Of a stretch of 64,000 nucleotides of DNA, positions 38,078-49,895 are shown piece after piece; position 1 is the first letter of the stretch, and each line of letters starts with the position of its first letter. A program made the translations under genes and the position numbers. This DNA comes from Raja brachyura. Taxonomy: Eukaryota. The notes beneath the pieces are model-generated. The model saw nothing but the letters and a program-made list of their open reading frames with translations. It made no database searches and was not told the DNA's origin. The stretch lies in assembly GCA_963514005.1 (NCBI GenBank), contig OY740804.1, positions 5,022,001 to 5,086,000 of the forward strand, read 5' to 3'.

Positions 38078-39904
38078 TTCCCTCCTGGGATTAATAAAGT
38101 TCTGTCGTATAGCATCGTGTGTGTAGGAAGGAACTGCAGATGCTGGTTTAAACTGAAGATAGACACAAAAAGCTGGAGTAACTCAATAGGTCAGACAGAA
38201 TCTCTTGACAAACAGAAAATATTACGTTTTGGGTTTAGTCTGAAATAGGTTCCTGCGCACCTCTGGAATGTGGAAGGAAGCAAGAGCACCCGGAGAAAAC
38301 CATGTGATCAAACGGGAAAAGGAGCAAACTCCATGCCGACAGCACCCATATTCACGATCAATTCCGGGACTCTGGCACTTTTGGGCAGCAACTTAATGGC
38401 CAATGTACTGCCCCATAGTCTTGAACTTAATTAAAACATACAGTAGCTGTAAAGGGGGGCAGAGCGTCACTTGGAGATTTAAAACTGAAAATTGATATTT
38501 TCATTTTTTTAATAACAAAAGTTATCAATGTATAAATTTGTGTGTTGGAAAACAAAAGATAGTGGCGCAGCTGGTAGACTTACTGCCTCACACGCCAGAG
38601 ATCTGTGTTTGATCCTGTCCTCGGGCAATGCCTGTGTTGAATTTGCACATTCTCCCTGCAAGCGTGTGGGTTTCCTCCCACATCCCAAAGATTATAACTT
38701 GTCTCTGTAAAATTGCCCTGAATGTGTAGGGAGTGGGTGAGGCAAGTGGGATAACAGAACTTGTGTGAATGGGTTGACAAAAATGCTGGAGAAGCCGTCT
38801 TAAATGACCACCTGAACTGTAATTTGGCAACATAAAAGCTGCCAAGACTATAGAGAAAAAAAATTAAGTGAGAGCCCTGCAAGGTGTATAAAATTTTTGA
38901 CACTGTCATAGGCCTTTCTTACATATGCTGTCCCAATGCACTGTAGTCTCTATCCAAGACTACAGGTGCTGTATGAACGGAGTTCGTACGTTCTCCCTGT
39001 GACCATGTTCCCCGCGTGCTCCGATTTCCTCCCACACTCCTAGGACGTGCAGGCTTGTAGGTTAATTGACTTCGCTAAAAATGTACATTGGCCTTAGTAT
39101 GTGTAGTGGGATAGTGCTAGTGTAGGGAGATCACTAGTTAGTGTGGACTTGGTGGACAGAAGATCCTGTTTCCACGCTGTATCTTGAAAGTGAAGTGTAA
39201 AGTCAGTTCTTCAAAGCAGTGGAGGGTGACCCACGGATTCATCCTAGATCTCTGGAGTGGAAAGTAACCCTAGAATGTACTCACCTGGGTGGGGAGAGTA
39301 CAGACATGACTGGTCCAACACTGGCAATGACTGCACTTCAGACTAAAATCATTGTGGAACGAGGGCTGAAAAGGGCCATGCTTGGAGAGGGAGAGCAAAT
39401 TGGAGGATGACCAAGGAGGCTTCCCCTCCCCCCCCCCCCCCCACCACCACCCCTCTCTGCCAGCTTTCCCCTTCCTACTAAAGTTTCCCTGGATAAAGTT
39501 CCTGACCCAAAACGTCACCTGCCCATTCCCTCCACAGACGCTGCCTGATCTGCTGAGTAACGCTTTTTGTTTTAAATACAAATACTTTTACTCAGAAACA
39601 AAACAAAACTACAAAAAAAAGGTAACACGATTAAAACTGCCCTTGTGGCATTTTACAAAACAACAGCCATCAATTTTAAAATAACGTCGTCATCATCAGT
39701 ATTACATTCGATCTCCCGCGGCGATCAGCGTTCACGCAAGGTCTCCAAAGTCGCTGAGTTACACCGGGACTTTGTGTTTGGCTCAAGGGTAAGTGAATGT
39801 CCAGTCACAGGTTGGATCATTCGGCCCATCGTTGGTTTGGGCAAGACAGGGTGGGCCAGCAAACACTGTGATAAGTAGATTTATCCTCTACATTTTCCTC
39901 TCAG

Positions 39905-40046
39905 ATTCAGGTGCACTGTAAGCTAAGCAATATGCTATTGGATTTATGGGAAGAGCGATCACAATCGATTGTCATTTTGGAGATGAGTAGCGCTCACACA
40001 CAAAATACTGGTGTACTAGGAGGAGTCACCAGTGTACAGTTTTAGT
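39905..40046 (+). pseudogene. CD300-like IgV pseudo-exon, 5' part
   Basis: SGAL*AKQYAIGFMGRAITIDCHFGDE*RSHTKYWCTRRSHQCTVLV; stops at 39919 and 39988. Upstream intron 39755-39904 is homologous to 11200-11360. Confidence 0.88.
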
Positions 40047-41144
40047 TTAAGAAGGAACTACAGATGCTGGAAAATCGAAGGTACACAAAAATGCTGGAGA
40101 AACTCAGCGGGTGAGGCAGCATCCATGGAGCGAAGGAAATAGGTGACGTTCCGGGTCGAGACCCTTCTTCACACTGATGTGGGGGTGGGGGGACGGGAAC
40201 ATGAAAGGTAGAGGAGGAGACAGTGGACTGTGGGAGAGCTGGGAAGGGGAGGGGAAGGAGGGAGAAAGCAGGGACTACATGAAATTGGAGGTCAATGTTC
40301 ATACCGCTGGGGTGTAAACCACCCAAGCAAAATATGAGGTGCTGCTTCTCCAATTTACGGTGGGCCTCACTCTGGCCATGGAGGAGGCCCAGGAAAGAAA
40401 GATCAGATTCGTAATGAGAGGGGGAGTTGAAGTGCTGATCCATATAACCATATAACCATATAACAATTACAGCACGGAAACAGGCCATCTCGGCCCTTCA
40501 AGTCCGTGCCGAACAACTTTTTTCCCTTAGTCCCACCTGCCTGCACTCATACCATAACCCTCCATACCCTTCTCATCCATATGCCTATCCAATTTATTTT
40601 TAAATGATACCAACGAACCTGCCGCCACCACTTCCACTGGAAGCTCATTCCACACCGCTACCACTCTCTGAGTAAAGAAGTTCCCCCTCATGTTACCCCT
40701 AAACCTCTGTCCCTTAATTCTAAAGTCATGTCCTCTTGTTTGAATCTTCCCTATTCTCAAAGGGAAAAGCTTGTCCACATTAACTCTGTCTATCCCTCTC
40801 ATCATTTTAAAGACCTCTATCAAGTCCCCCCTTAACTTTCTGCGCTCCAGAGAATAAAGACCTAACTTAGAAACATAGAAACATAGAAATTAGGTGCAGG
40901 AATAGGCCATTCGGCCCTTCGAGCCTGCACCGCCATTCAATATGATCATGGCTGATCATCCAACTCAGTATCCCGTACCTGCCTTCTCTCCATACCCTCT
41001 GATTCCCTTAGCCACAAGGGCCACATCTAACTCCCTCTTAAATATATCCAATGAACTGGCCTCAACTACCCTCTGTGGCAGAGAATTCCAGAGACCCACC
41101 ACTCTCTGTGTGAAAAAATTCCTTCTCATCTCGGTCCTAAAGGG

Positions 41145-43880
41145 TTACCCCCTTATCCTTAAGCTGTGACCCCTTGTCCTGGACGGCCCCAACATCGGGA
41201 ACAATCTTCCTGCATCTAGCCTGTCCAACCCCTTAAGAATCTTGTAAGTTTCTATAAGATCCCCTCTCAATCTCCTAAATTCTAGAGAGTATAAACCGAG
41301 TCTATGCAGTCTTTGCTCATAAGACAGTCCTGACATCCCAGGAATCAGTCTGGTGAACCTTCGCTGCACTCCCTCTATGGCAATAATGTCCTTCCTCAGA
41401 TTTGGAGACCAGAACTGTACGCAATACTCCAGGTGTGGCCTCACCAAGACCCTATACAACTGAAGTAGAACCTCCCTGCTCCTATACTCAAATCCTTTTG
41501 CTATGAAAGCTAACATACCATTGGCTTTCTTCACTGCCTGTTGTACCTGCATGCCTACTTTCAATGACTGGTGTACCATGACACCCAGGTCGCGCTGCAT
41601 CTCCCCTTTTCGTAATCGGCCACCATTTAGATAGTAGTCGGTTTTCCTATTTTTGCCACCAAAGTGGATAACCTCACATTTATCCACATTATACTGCATC
41701 TGCCAAACATTTGCCCACTCACCCAGCCTATCCAAGTCACCTTGCATTCTCCTAGCATCCTCCTCACAGCTAACACTGCCCCCCAGCTTAGTGTCATCCG
41801 CAAACTTGGAGATATTGCCTTCAATTCCCTCATCCAGATCATTTATGTATATTGTAAATAGCTGGGGTCCCAGCACTGAGCCTTGCGGTACCCCACTAGT
41901 CACTGCCTGCCATTGTGAAAACGACCCGTTAACTCCTACTCTTTGCTTCCTGTTTGCCAGCCAGTTCTCTATCCACATCAATACTGAACCCCCAATGCCA
42001 TATGCTTTAAGTTTATATACTAATCGCTTATGTGGGACCTTGTCGAAAGCCTTCTGGAAGTCCAGATACACCACATCCACTGGTTCTCCCCCATCCACGC
42101 TACTAGTTACATCCTCGAAAAATTCCACAAGATTCGTCAGACATGATTTACCTTTCGTAAATCCATGCTGACTTTGTCCAATCATTTCACCACTTTCCAA
42201 ATGTGCTGCTATCCCATCTTTAATAACTGACTCTAGCAGTTTCCCCACTACCGATGTTAGACTAACTGGTCTGTAATTCCCCGTTTTCTCTCTCCCCCCC
42301 TTCTTAAAAAGAGGGGTTACGTTTGCTACCCGCCAATCCTCAGGAACTACTCCAGAATCTAAAGAGTTTTGAAAGATTATCACTAATGCATCCACTATTT
42401 CCGGAGCTACTTCCTTAAGTACTCTGGGATGCAGCCTATCTGGCCCTGGGGATTTATCGGCCTTTAATCCATTCAATTTACCCAACACCACTTCCCGACT
42501 AACCTGGATTTCACTCAAGTACTCCTTTGACCTGCGGTCCCCTGTTATTTCCGGCAGATTATTTATGTCTTCCTTAGTGAAGACGGAACCAAAGTAGTTA
42601 TTCAATTGGTCCGCCATATCCTTGTTCCCCATGATCAACTCACCTGTTTCTGACTGCAAGGGACCTACATTTGTTTTAACTAATCTCTTTCTCTTCACAT
42701 ATCTATAAAAACTTTTGCAGTCAGTTTTTATGTTCCCTGCCAGTTTTCTTTCATAATCTATTTTTCCTTTCCTAATCAAGCCCTTTGTCCTTCTCTGCTG
42801 GTCTCTGAATTTTTCCCAGTCCTCTGGTATGCTGCTTTTTCTGGCTACTTTGTACGCATCATCCTTTGCTTTGATACTATCCCTGATTTCCCTTGTTATC
42901 CACGGATTCACTACCTTCCCTGATCTATTCTTTTGCCAAATTGGGATGAACAATTTTTGTAGTTCATCCATGCAGTCTTTAAATGTCTTCCATTGCATAT
43001 CCACCGTCAACCCTTTTAGAATTGATTGCCAGTCAATCTTGGCCAATTCACGTCTCATACCCTCAAAGTTACCTTTCCTTAAGTTCAGAACCATTGTTTC
43101 TGAATTAACAATGTCACTCTCCATCCTAATGAAGAACTCAACCATATTATGGTCACTCTTGCCCAAAGGGGCACGTACAATAAGACTGCTAACTAACCCT
43201 TCCTCATTGCTCAATACCCAGTCTAAAATAGCCTGCTCTCTCGTTGGTTCCTCTACATGTTGATTTAGATAACTATCCCTCATACTTTCCAAAAAATCCT
43301 CTTCCTCAGCGCCCCTGCCAATTTGATTCACCCAATCTATATGTAGATTGAAGTCACCCATTATAACTGTTTTGCCTTTGTCGCACGCATTTCTAATTTC
43401 CTGTTTTATACCATCCCCAACTTCACTACTACTGTTAGGTGGCCTGTACACAACTCCCACTAGCGTTTTCTGCCCCTTAGTGTTTCGCAGCTCTACCCAT
43501 ACTGATTCCACATGCTCCAAGCTAATGTCCTTCCTTTCCATTGCGTTAATCTCCTCTCTAACCAGCAACGCTACCCCACCTCCTTTTCCTTTCTCTCTAT
43601 CCCTCCTGAATATTGAATACCCCTGGATGTTCAGCTCCCAGCCTTGGTCACCCTGGAGCCATGTCTCCGTGATCCCAACTATATCATACTCATTAATAGC
43701 TATCTGCACGTTCAACTCATCCACCTTATTACGAATACTCCTTGCATTGAGACACAAGGCCTTCAGGCTTGTTTTTACAACGCTCTTACCCCTTTTACTT
43801 TTCACCTTGCTCCCTATTGCTTCCACCCTCGTTTTACACCCACCTGCCTCTCTGCTCATGCTCCCACCCCCCTGCCACAC
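41145..43880 (-). CDS. CR1 ORF2 (AP endonuclease + reverse transcriptase) with a premature stop near the C-terminus
   Basis: LNARS, ITETW, MGDFN, SDH; FADD. In-frame TAA (RIRG*PFRTE) where the copy at 23.8 kb reads RIRGNSFRTE. Confidence 0.9.
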   Translation of the reverse strand: MWQGGGSMSREAGGCKTRVEAIGSKVKSKRGKSVVKTSLKALCLNARSIRNKVDELNVQIAINEYDIVGITETWLQGDQGWELNIQGYSIFRRDREKGKGGGVALLVREEINAMERKDISLEHVESVWVELRNTKGQKTLVGVVYRPPNSSSEVGDGIKQEIRNACDKGKTVIMGDFNLHIDWVNQIGRGAEEEDFLESMRDSYLNQHVEEPTREQAILDWVLSNEEGLVSSLIVRAPLGKSDHNMVEFFIRMESDIVNSETMVLNLRKGNFEGMRRELAKIDWQSILKGLTVDMQWKTFKDCMDELQKLFIPIWQKNRSGKVVNPWITREIRDSIKAKDDAYKVARKSSIPEDWEKFRDQQRRTKGLIRKGKIDYERKLAGNIKTDCKSFYRYVKRKRLVKTNVGPLQSETGELIMGNKDMADQLNNYFGSVFTKEDINNLPEITGDRRSKEYLSEIQVSREVVLGKLNGLKADKSPGPDRLHPRVLKEVAPEIVDALVIIFQNSLDSGVVPEDWRVANVTPLFKKGGREKTGNYRPVSLTSVVGKLLESVIKDGIAAHLESGEMIGQSQHGFTKGKSCLTNLVEFFEDVTSSVDGGEPVDVVYLDFQKAFDKVPHKRLVYKLKAYGIGGSVLMWIENWLANRKQRVGVNGSFSQWQAVTSGVPQGSVLGPQLFTIYINDLDEGIEGNISKFADDTKLGGSVSCEEDARRMQGDLDRLGEWANVWQMQYNVDKCEVIHFGGKNRKTDYYLNGGRLRKGEMQRDLGVMVHQSLKVGMQVQQAVKKANGMLAFIAKGFEYRSREVLLQLYRVLVRPHLEYCVQFWSPNLRKDIIAIEGVQRRFTRLIPGMSGLSYEQRLHRLGLYSLEFRRLRGDLIETYKILKGLDRLDAGRLFPMLGPSRTRGHSLRIRG

Positions 43881-44542
43881 TAGTTTAAATCCTCCCTGAC
43901 AGCACTAGCAAACACTCCCCCAAGGACATTGGTTCCATTCCAGCCCAGGTGCAGACCGTCCTGTTTGTACTGGTCCCACCTCCCCCAGAAATGGTCCCAG
44001 TGCCCTAAAAATTTGAATCCCTCCCCCTTGCACCATTTTTCAAGCCACGTATTCATCTGCAATATCCTCCTATTTCTATTCTGACTGGCCCGTGGTACTG
44101 GTAATAATCCAGAGATTATTACCTTTGAGGTCCTACTTTTGAGTTTATCTCCTAGCTCCCTAAATTCACCTTGTAGGACCTCATCCCTTTTTTTCCCTAT
44201 ATCGTTGGTGCCAATATGCACCACGACAACTGGCTGTTCACCCTCCCCCTCCAGAATGTTCTGCAGCCGTTCAGTAACATCCCTGACCTTTGCACCAGGG
44301 AGGCAACATACCATCCTGGAGTCTCTTTTGCAGCCGCAGAAATGCCTATCTATTCCCCTGACAATTGAATCCCCTATTACAATAGCCCTTCCCCTCTTTT
44401 TTCCCCCATCATGTGCTGCAGAGCCACCCATGGTGCCATGAACTTGGCTGCTGCTGCATTCCCCTGATGAGCCATCTCCCTCAACAGTATCCAAAATGGT
44501 AAACCTGTTGAGTAGGGAGATGACCGCAGGGGACTCCTGCAC
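43880..44542 (-). CDS. CR1 ORF1, 5'-truncated, SGNH/GDSL esterase domain
   Basis: IGDSIV, LPGA, HIGTND and DGLHL blocks. Confidence 0.88.
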   Translation of the reverse strand: MQESPAVISLLNRFTILDTVEGDGSSGECSSSQVHGTMGGSAAHDGGKKRGRAIVIGDSIVRGIDRHFCGCKRDSRMVCCLPGAKVRDVTERLQNILEGEGEQPVVVVHIGTNDIGKKRDEVLQGEFRELGDKLKSRTSKVIISGLLPVPRASQNRNRRILQMNTWLEKWCKGEGFKFLGHWDHFWGRWDQYKQDGLHLGWNGTNVLGGVFASAVREDLN

Positions 44543-46332
44543 AACTTATTCAACCTATCTCTGTAACTTAGCTGTTGAAACCCAGGCAACATTCTAGTAA
44601 ATCTCCTCTGTACCCTCTCTATTTTGTTAACATCCTTCCTATAATTGGGCGACCAAAATTGTACACCATACTCCAGATTTGGTCTCACCAACGCCTTGTA
44701 CAATTTTAACATTACATCCCAGCTTCTATACTCAATGCTCTGATTTATAAAGGCTAGCATACCAAAAGCTTTCTTTACCACCCTATCTATATGAGATTCT
44801 ACCTTCAAGGAACTATGCACGGTTATCCCCAGATCCCTCTGTTCAACTGTATTCTTCAATTCCCTACCGTTTACCATGTACGTCCTATTTTGATTTGTCC
44901 TGCCAAGGTGTAGCACCTCACATTTATCTGCATTAAACTCCATCTGCCATCTTTCAGCCCATTTTTCCAACTGGCCTAAATCACTCTGTAGACTTTGGAA
45001 ATCCTCTTCATTATCCACAACACCCCCTATCTTGGTATCATCTGCATACTTACTAATCCAATGTACCACCCCTTCATCCAGATCATTGATGTACATGACA
45101 AACAACAAAGGACCCAACACAGATCCCTGAGGCACCCCACTAGTCACCTGCCTCCAACCCTACAAACAGCCATCCACCATTACCCTCTGGCTTCTCCCAT
45201 TCAGCCACTGTTGAATCCATCTTGCTATTCCTGCATTTATACCCAACAGTTGAACCTTCTTAACCAACCTTCCATGAGGAACCTTGTCAAAGGCCTTACT
45301 GAAATCCATATAGACAACATCCACTGCTTTACCCTCGTCAATTTCCCTAGTAACCTCTTTAAAAAATTCAAGAAGATTAGTCAAACATGACCTTCCAGGC
45401 ATAAATCCATGTTGACTGTTCCTAATTAGACCCTCTTTATCCAGATACTTATATATATTATCTCTAAGTAGCTTTTCCATTAATTTGCCCACCACTAAAG
45501 TCAAACTAACCGGTCTATAATTGCTAGGTTTACTTTTAGAACCCTTTTTAAACAATGGAACAACATGCGCAGTACGCCAATCCTTGGGGACTATTCCAGT
45601 TTCCACCGGGAGATCAGGTTGGTTATTGCGAACCGAGCAGAGGTGTTGGGTGAAGCGATCGCCGAGCCTGCGCTTGGTCTCGCCGACGTAGAGCAGCTGA
45701 CACAGAGAGCAGCGGATGCAGTGGATGAGGTTGGAGGAGGTGCAGGTGAACCTCTGCCGCATCTGGAAAGACTGCTTAGGTCCTTGGATGGAGTCAAGGG
45801 GGGAGATAAAGCGACAAGTGTAGAATTTCCTGCGGTTGCAAGGGAAAGTACCAAAGGAGGGGGTGGTTTGGTTGGGAAGGGACGAATTGACCAGGGAGTT
45901 ATGGATGGAACGGTCTCTGTGGAAAACCGAAAGGGGAGGAGATGGGAAGATGTGGCCGGTGGTGGGATCCCATTGGAGGTGGTGAAAATGTCGGAGGATT
46001 ATCTGGTGTATGTGACGGCTGGTCGGGTGGAAGGTGAGGACAAGGGGGACTCTGCCCTTGTTATGAGTGAGGGGATGGGGAGTGAGGGCAGAGTTACATA
46101 TAGAAGAGACCCTGGCGAGAGCCTCATCTATAGTAGAATAGGGGAACCCCCGTTCCCAAAAGAATGATGACATCTCCGAAGGTTGGAGGAGCCCACCTCC
46201 ATTTGGGCAGTTTACACCTCAGCAATATGAACATTGACTTCTCCAATATCAGGTAGTCCCCGCTATCTCCCTCTTTCCCCTTCCCAACTCTCCCACAGCC
46301 CACTGTCTCCGCCGCTTGCTTTCTTCTACCCA

Positions 46333-46629
46333 GCACGAAACAGGCCCTTCGGCCCACTGTGACCATGCCAACCAGCGATCCCCGCACATTAACACCATCC
46401 TACACCCACTATGGACAATTTTTACATTTACCAAGCCAATTAACCTACAAACTTGTACGTCTTTGGAATGTGGGAGGAAACCGAAGATCCGTGAGAAAAC
46501 CCACGCAGGTCACGGGGAGAACATACAAACTCCATACAGACAGCACCCATAATCGGGATCAAACCCGGGTCTCTGGCGCTGCATTCGCTGTAATTCAGCA
46601 ACTCTACCGCTGCGCCACCGTGACTGCCC
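46333..46629 (-). mobile_element. V-SINE (HE1-like)
   Basis: Well-preserved copy. Others at about 8638-8920, 10172-10452, 11686-11890, 15186-15510, 16300-16535, 22003-22300, 22535-22830, 26620-27010, 27245-27530, 30988-31290 and 38560-39200. Confidence 0.8.
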
Positions 46630-46669
46630 AAACAAATGGTCAACATGGATGGAGTGGAAGAGTGTCAAT
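46630..46669 (+). pseudogene. CD300-like IgV pseudo-exon, continuation
   Basis: TNGQHGWSGRVS resumes almost exactly where 40046 stops (compare VLVETNGQHGRSGRVS in exon 2). Confidence 0.8.
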
Positions 46670-47227
46670 GGCAGCTCAAGGGTACCAGACACGGGTTTGA
46701 CCATTTGGCCCATCGTTGGTTAGGGGAAGAGTTGGTGGGCCAGCAAACACTGTGTTAAGTACTTACTGGGAGAAACCAATATGCATCGTTAGGCTGTTTA
46801 GGTCTGAGATCAGGAAAAACTTTTTGACCCAGAGAGTTGTGAATCTGTGGAATTCTCTGTCACAGAAGGCAGTGGTTGTTTTCAAGAGCTCGAAAGGCTA
46901 ATGGAATCAAGGGATATGGGGGAAAAAGCTGGAACGGGGATACTGATTTTAGATGATCTGCCATGATCATATTGAATGGCGGTGCTGGCTCGAAGGGCCA
47001 AATGGCATACTCCTGCGCCTATGTTTCTATGTATCCAATTGGGAGTGCAGGGTGGTGGGGTGGGGGCACAGGGAAGATGGGGGGGGGGGGGGAGGGGGGA
47101 GTGGGTGGAGCAAGCGCTGTTCTTTAGTTGCCTAAATGAGTCGTCCCTCCTTGGACCATCACCCGAAATGTCGCCACACTCCCGCGCTAGTTGAAGTAAC
47201 ATCAAAGCGCAAACACACCCCTATACA

Positions 47228-47455
47228 TAGAAACATAGAAACATAGAAATTAGGTGCAGGAATAGGCCATTCGGCCCTTCGAGCCTGCACCGCCATTCAA
47301 TATGATCATGGCTGATCATCCAACTCAGTATCCCGTACCTGCCTTCTCTCCATACCCTCTGATTCCCTTAGCCACAAGGGCCACATCTAACTCCCTCTTA
47401 AATATATCCAATGAACTGGCCTCAACTACCCTCTGTGGCAGAGAATTCCAGAGAC
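47228..47455 (-). mobile_element. Short CR1 family b 3' end
   Basis: Identical by eye to 40868-41095. Confidence 0.9.
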
Positions 47456-47521
47456 ATAATTGGTCATAGATCTAGTTACTGCACTTCAGTTCTCACTGAA
47501 AGCAGAACGTAAATCTATCTA

Positions 47522-47555
<34 letters not shown>

Positions 47556-47571
47556 ACTATCTATCTATCTA

Positions 47572-48598
47572 GCAATGTTACAAAATTTTGAGATTTAAAA
47601 AATCAAGTCTGCAATTTATCCCATCAGATAAAGCATAAAAAGAAGTTTAATTTGACACCTAATTTACTTTCATATCTTCAGTAATAAGAAAGTTATGGCC
47701 ATTTTCACACTCGGAAATTAGCATCTTGTTCCCCATTGCCTTTCAATTGACTTAACTCAAAAGCTGTGATCTGGAAAAGTTAAAAGCCCATAACTTTCTT
47801 AAAAATTAAGAGAACTCAATGAAATTTTCAGTTATTATAGATTGAAACATTCTGAAACAAGTATTAAACAATCTTACTTGGATTACCTGAAATTAAAGCA
47901 TATAATTAGTTAGTTATCTAATTGTAGCTAATTACAAAAATTCAATGAGTAGATCTAAACATCTATCCATTTCTTAAGAAAGATAAACTTTTTTTTAAAT
48001 TGCCTAAGTGTCCAAATAACATTCACACAATAATCCACAATATAACATAATTTTAAAATCTAATTTTCATGAATTTCTGGGCCAAATGGAAGGAATTTAG
48101 TGTTTGATTCCTGTAAATTAATGGCCATTTAAATTAACTAGCGAGTGGGTTTTACTGGAATGCGGTGGATTGGAACGTTGCGGTTAGCGGTGAAGTCGGG
48201 AGGAAAAATACTGTTTGTTCATACATTTTTTGGGACCCCATTTCGCAACATAAAAATATTATTAAAGCCTCCCGAAAAACCAACTTTTAATATAAAAATA
48301 AACTACCTTTTTTTCTCCCCTACGGAAAATCCTTCCGGTTGTCTGCGCTCACGGCTTTTGAAGGTGATTTTTAAATTACTCTAGTTAACAAATAATTTAG
48401 AGTAATTTAAAAATACCTTCATTGATGAAATGTCGAAGCGATTTTTCTTCCGCAACAAAATCGCCCGACATTCATCGATTATCCCAGTCTGTCGAAAAAC
48501 GGCACTTTAAGCCCGCCCCCCTCTGAAAGGCGCCAAAGTCGCGCACACGGGGAACGGCAGAACTGCAGCGCCGCTAAAGGTAAGTTTTGCAACATACC
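47572..48598. mobile_element. Non-autonomous TIR DNA element flanked by TA, inside (TATC)n
   Basis: Left GCAATGTTACAAAATTT versus reverse complement of right GGTATGTTGCAAAACTT; TA on both sides. Confidence 0.55.
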
Positions 48599-49289
48599 TA
48601 ATCTATCTATCTATCTATGTATATATCTATGTCGGAGGATTATCTATATATATATATACATGTTTTGTTTAAAATATATCTATCCATATACTTTAAAAAC
48701 TCTGTGTGTGTGTGTACGGCATTTTGCCTTTCAAACGTATCTCCTCGAAAACCAGACGCAAAAACGCGGAGATTTTTACAATTTCGGTAGGGAGTTCAGA
48801 AATCCACTCCTTGGTCAATTATTTCCTCAGATTTAAAAAAATAAAATCGCCGCTTGAGCTGTTGACGTCGTAATGCTCACATGCCCACCAATCAGGGCCC
48901 ACCTGCCTCCGCCCCCCGGTGCCCGCGCCCAGCCCAAGTATGCGGCACGCATCCCGCAGCTGGACTCCCCCGCCCGCTCCAACCCCCCCCCCCCCCGTAC
49001 AGATGCGCAGAAAGAACGAGCGTTCTGCAGCTCGTGAGGTCACAACAGGTCACCGGCGGCCACCGGCTTGCTTCTGAATCCTTTCTGTATCCCCCGCCCG
49101 ATGGTAGAAGATGGCGTCCATGGCGGCCGTTATCGTCGCGCGGGGCACGCGATGAGAAGGCGGCCCTGCCGGCCATTACTCCGTCTGGGAAACTCAGCGC
49201 AGCGAGTCAAGTTGCGCCCCTCCCTCCCGCTGCAAACCCAACGCGCTGCCAGTCGCGCCGCTCGCAAGTCCTTTGATAAAAACCTTGCG

Positions 49290-49895
49290 ACCCCCCCCCT
49301 CTCCCACCTCTCTCTCTCCCTCCCTCTCTCTCTCCTCCACCCCTCTCTCTCTCTCCCCCTACACCTCCCTCTCTCTCTCTCTCTCCCCCACCCCTCTCTC
49401 TCCCCCTCTCTCTCTCCCCCCCTCTCTCTCTCTCTCCCACCTCGCTCTCCCACCTCGCTCTCNNNNNNNNNNNNNNNNNNNNNNNNNNNNNNNNNNNNNN
49501 NNNNNNNNNNNNNNNNNNNNNNNNNNNNNNNNNNNNNNNNNNNNNNNNNNNNNNNNNNNNNNNNNNNNNNNNNNNNNNNNNNNNNNNNNNNNNNNNNNNN
49601 NNNNNNNNNNNNNNNNNNNNNNNNNNNNNNNNNNNNNNNNNNNNNNNNNNNNNNNNNNNNNNNNNNNNNNNNNNNNNNNNNNNNNNNNNNNNNNNNNNNN
49701 NNNNNNNNNNNNNNNNNNNNNNNATCTCTCTCTCTCTCCCCCACCTCTCTATCTCTCTCTCTCTCTCCCCCACCTCTCTATCTCTCTCTCTCTTCCCCCC
49801 AGCTCTCCCCCCACCTCTCTCTCCCACCTCTCTCTCCCCTCCTCCCTGTTTCCCCCCCCTTCTCTCTCTGCCATCACTCTCTACCCACCCCCCTC
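49290..49895. repeat. CT-rich low-complexity tract containing an assembly gap (N 49463-49723)
   Basis: Seen directly. Confidence 0.95.

Larger units (their letters stand above)
40868..44542 (-). mobile_element. Young CR1 LINE family b (partial ORF1 + ORF2)
   Basis: 911 aa APE-RT ORF, esterase ORF1, (CTATGTTT)n tail. Confidence 0.95.
40440..45605 (-). mobile_element. CR1 LINE family a, (TTATATGG)n tail, split into 40440-40867 and about 44543-45605
   Basis: RT with YADD and GVPQGSVLGP; C-terminal ORF 40527-40823; AACTTA repeated at both junctions with the inner element. Confidence 0.88.
40047..46175 (-). mobile_element. Penelope-like element split into 40047-40439 and 45606-46175 by CR1 insertions
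   Basis: RGFP..RVPLVLTFHP..CIRCSLCQLLYVGETKRRLGDRF (GIY-YIG) continues as QHFNSPSH..EKQHLIFCLG on the other side of the insertions. Confidence 0.85.

Noticed and set aside
44377-45147. 256 aa RT ORF with an unusual C-terminus
   Set aside because: Chimeric read-through from CR1-a into the nested CR1-b.
45160-46173. 337 aa ORF that looks like a GIY-YIG endonuclease fused to a CR1 reverse transcriptase
   Set aside because: Chance in-frame junction from CR1-a inserting into a Penelope element; the rest of the PLE is at 40047-40439.
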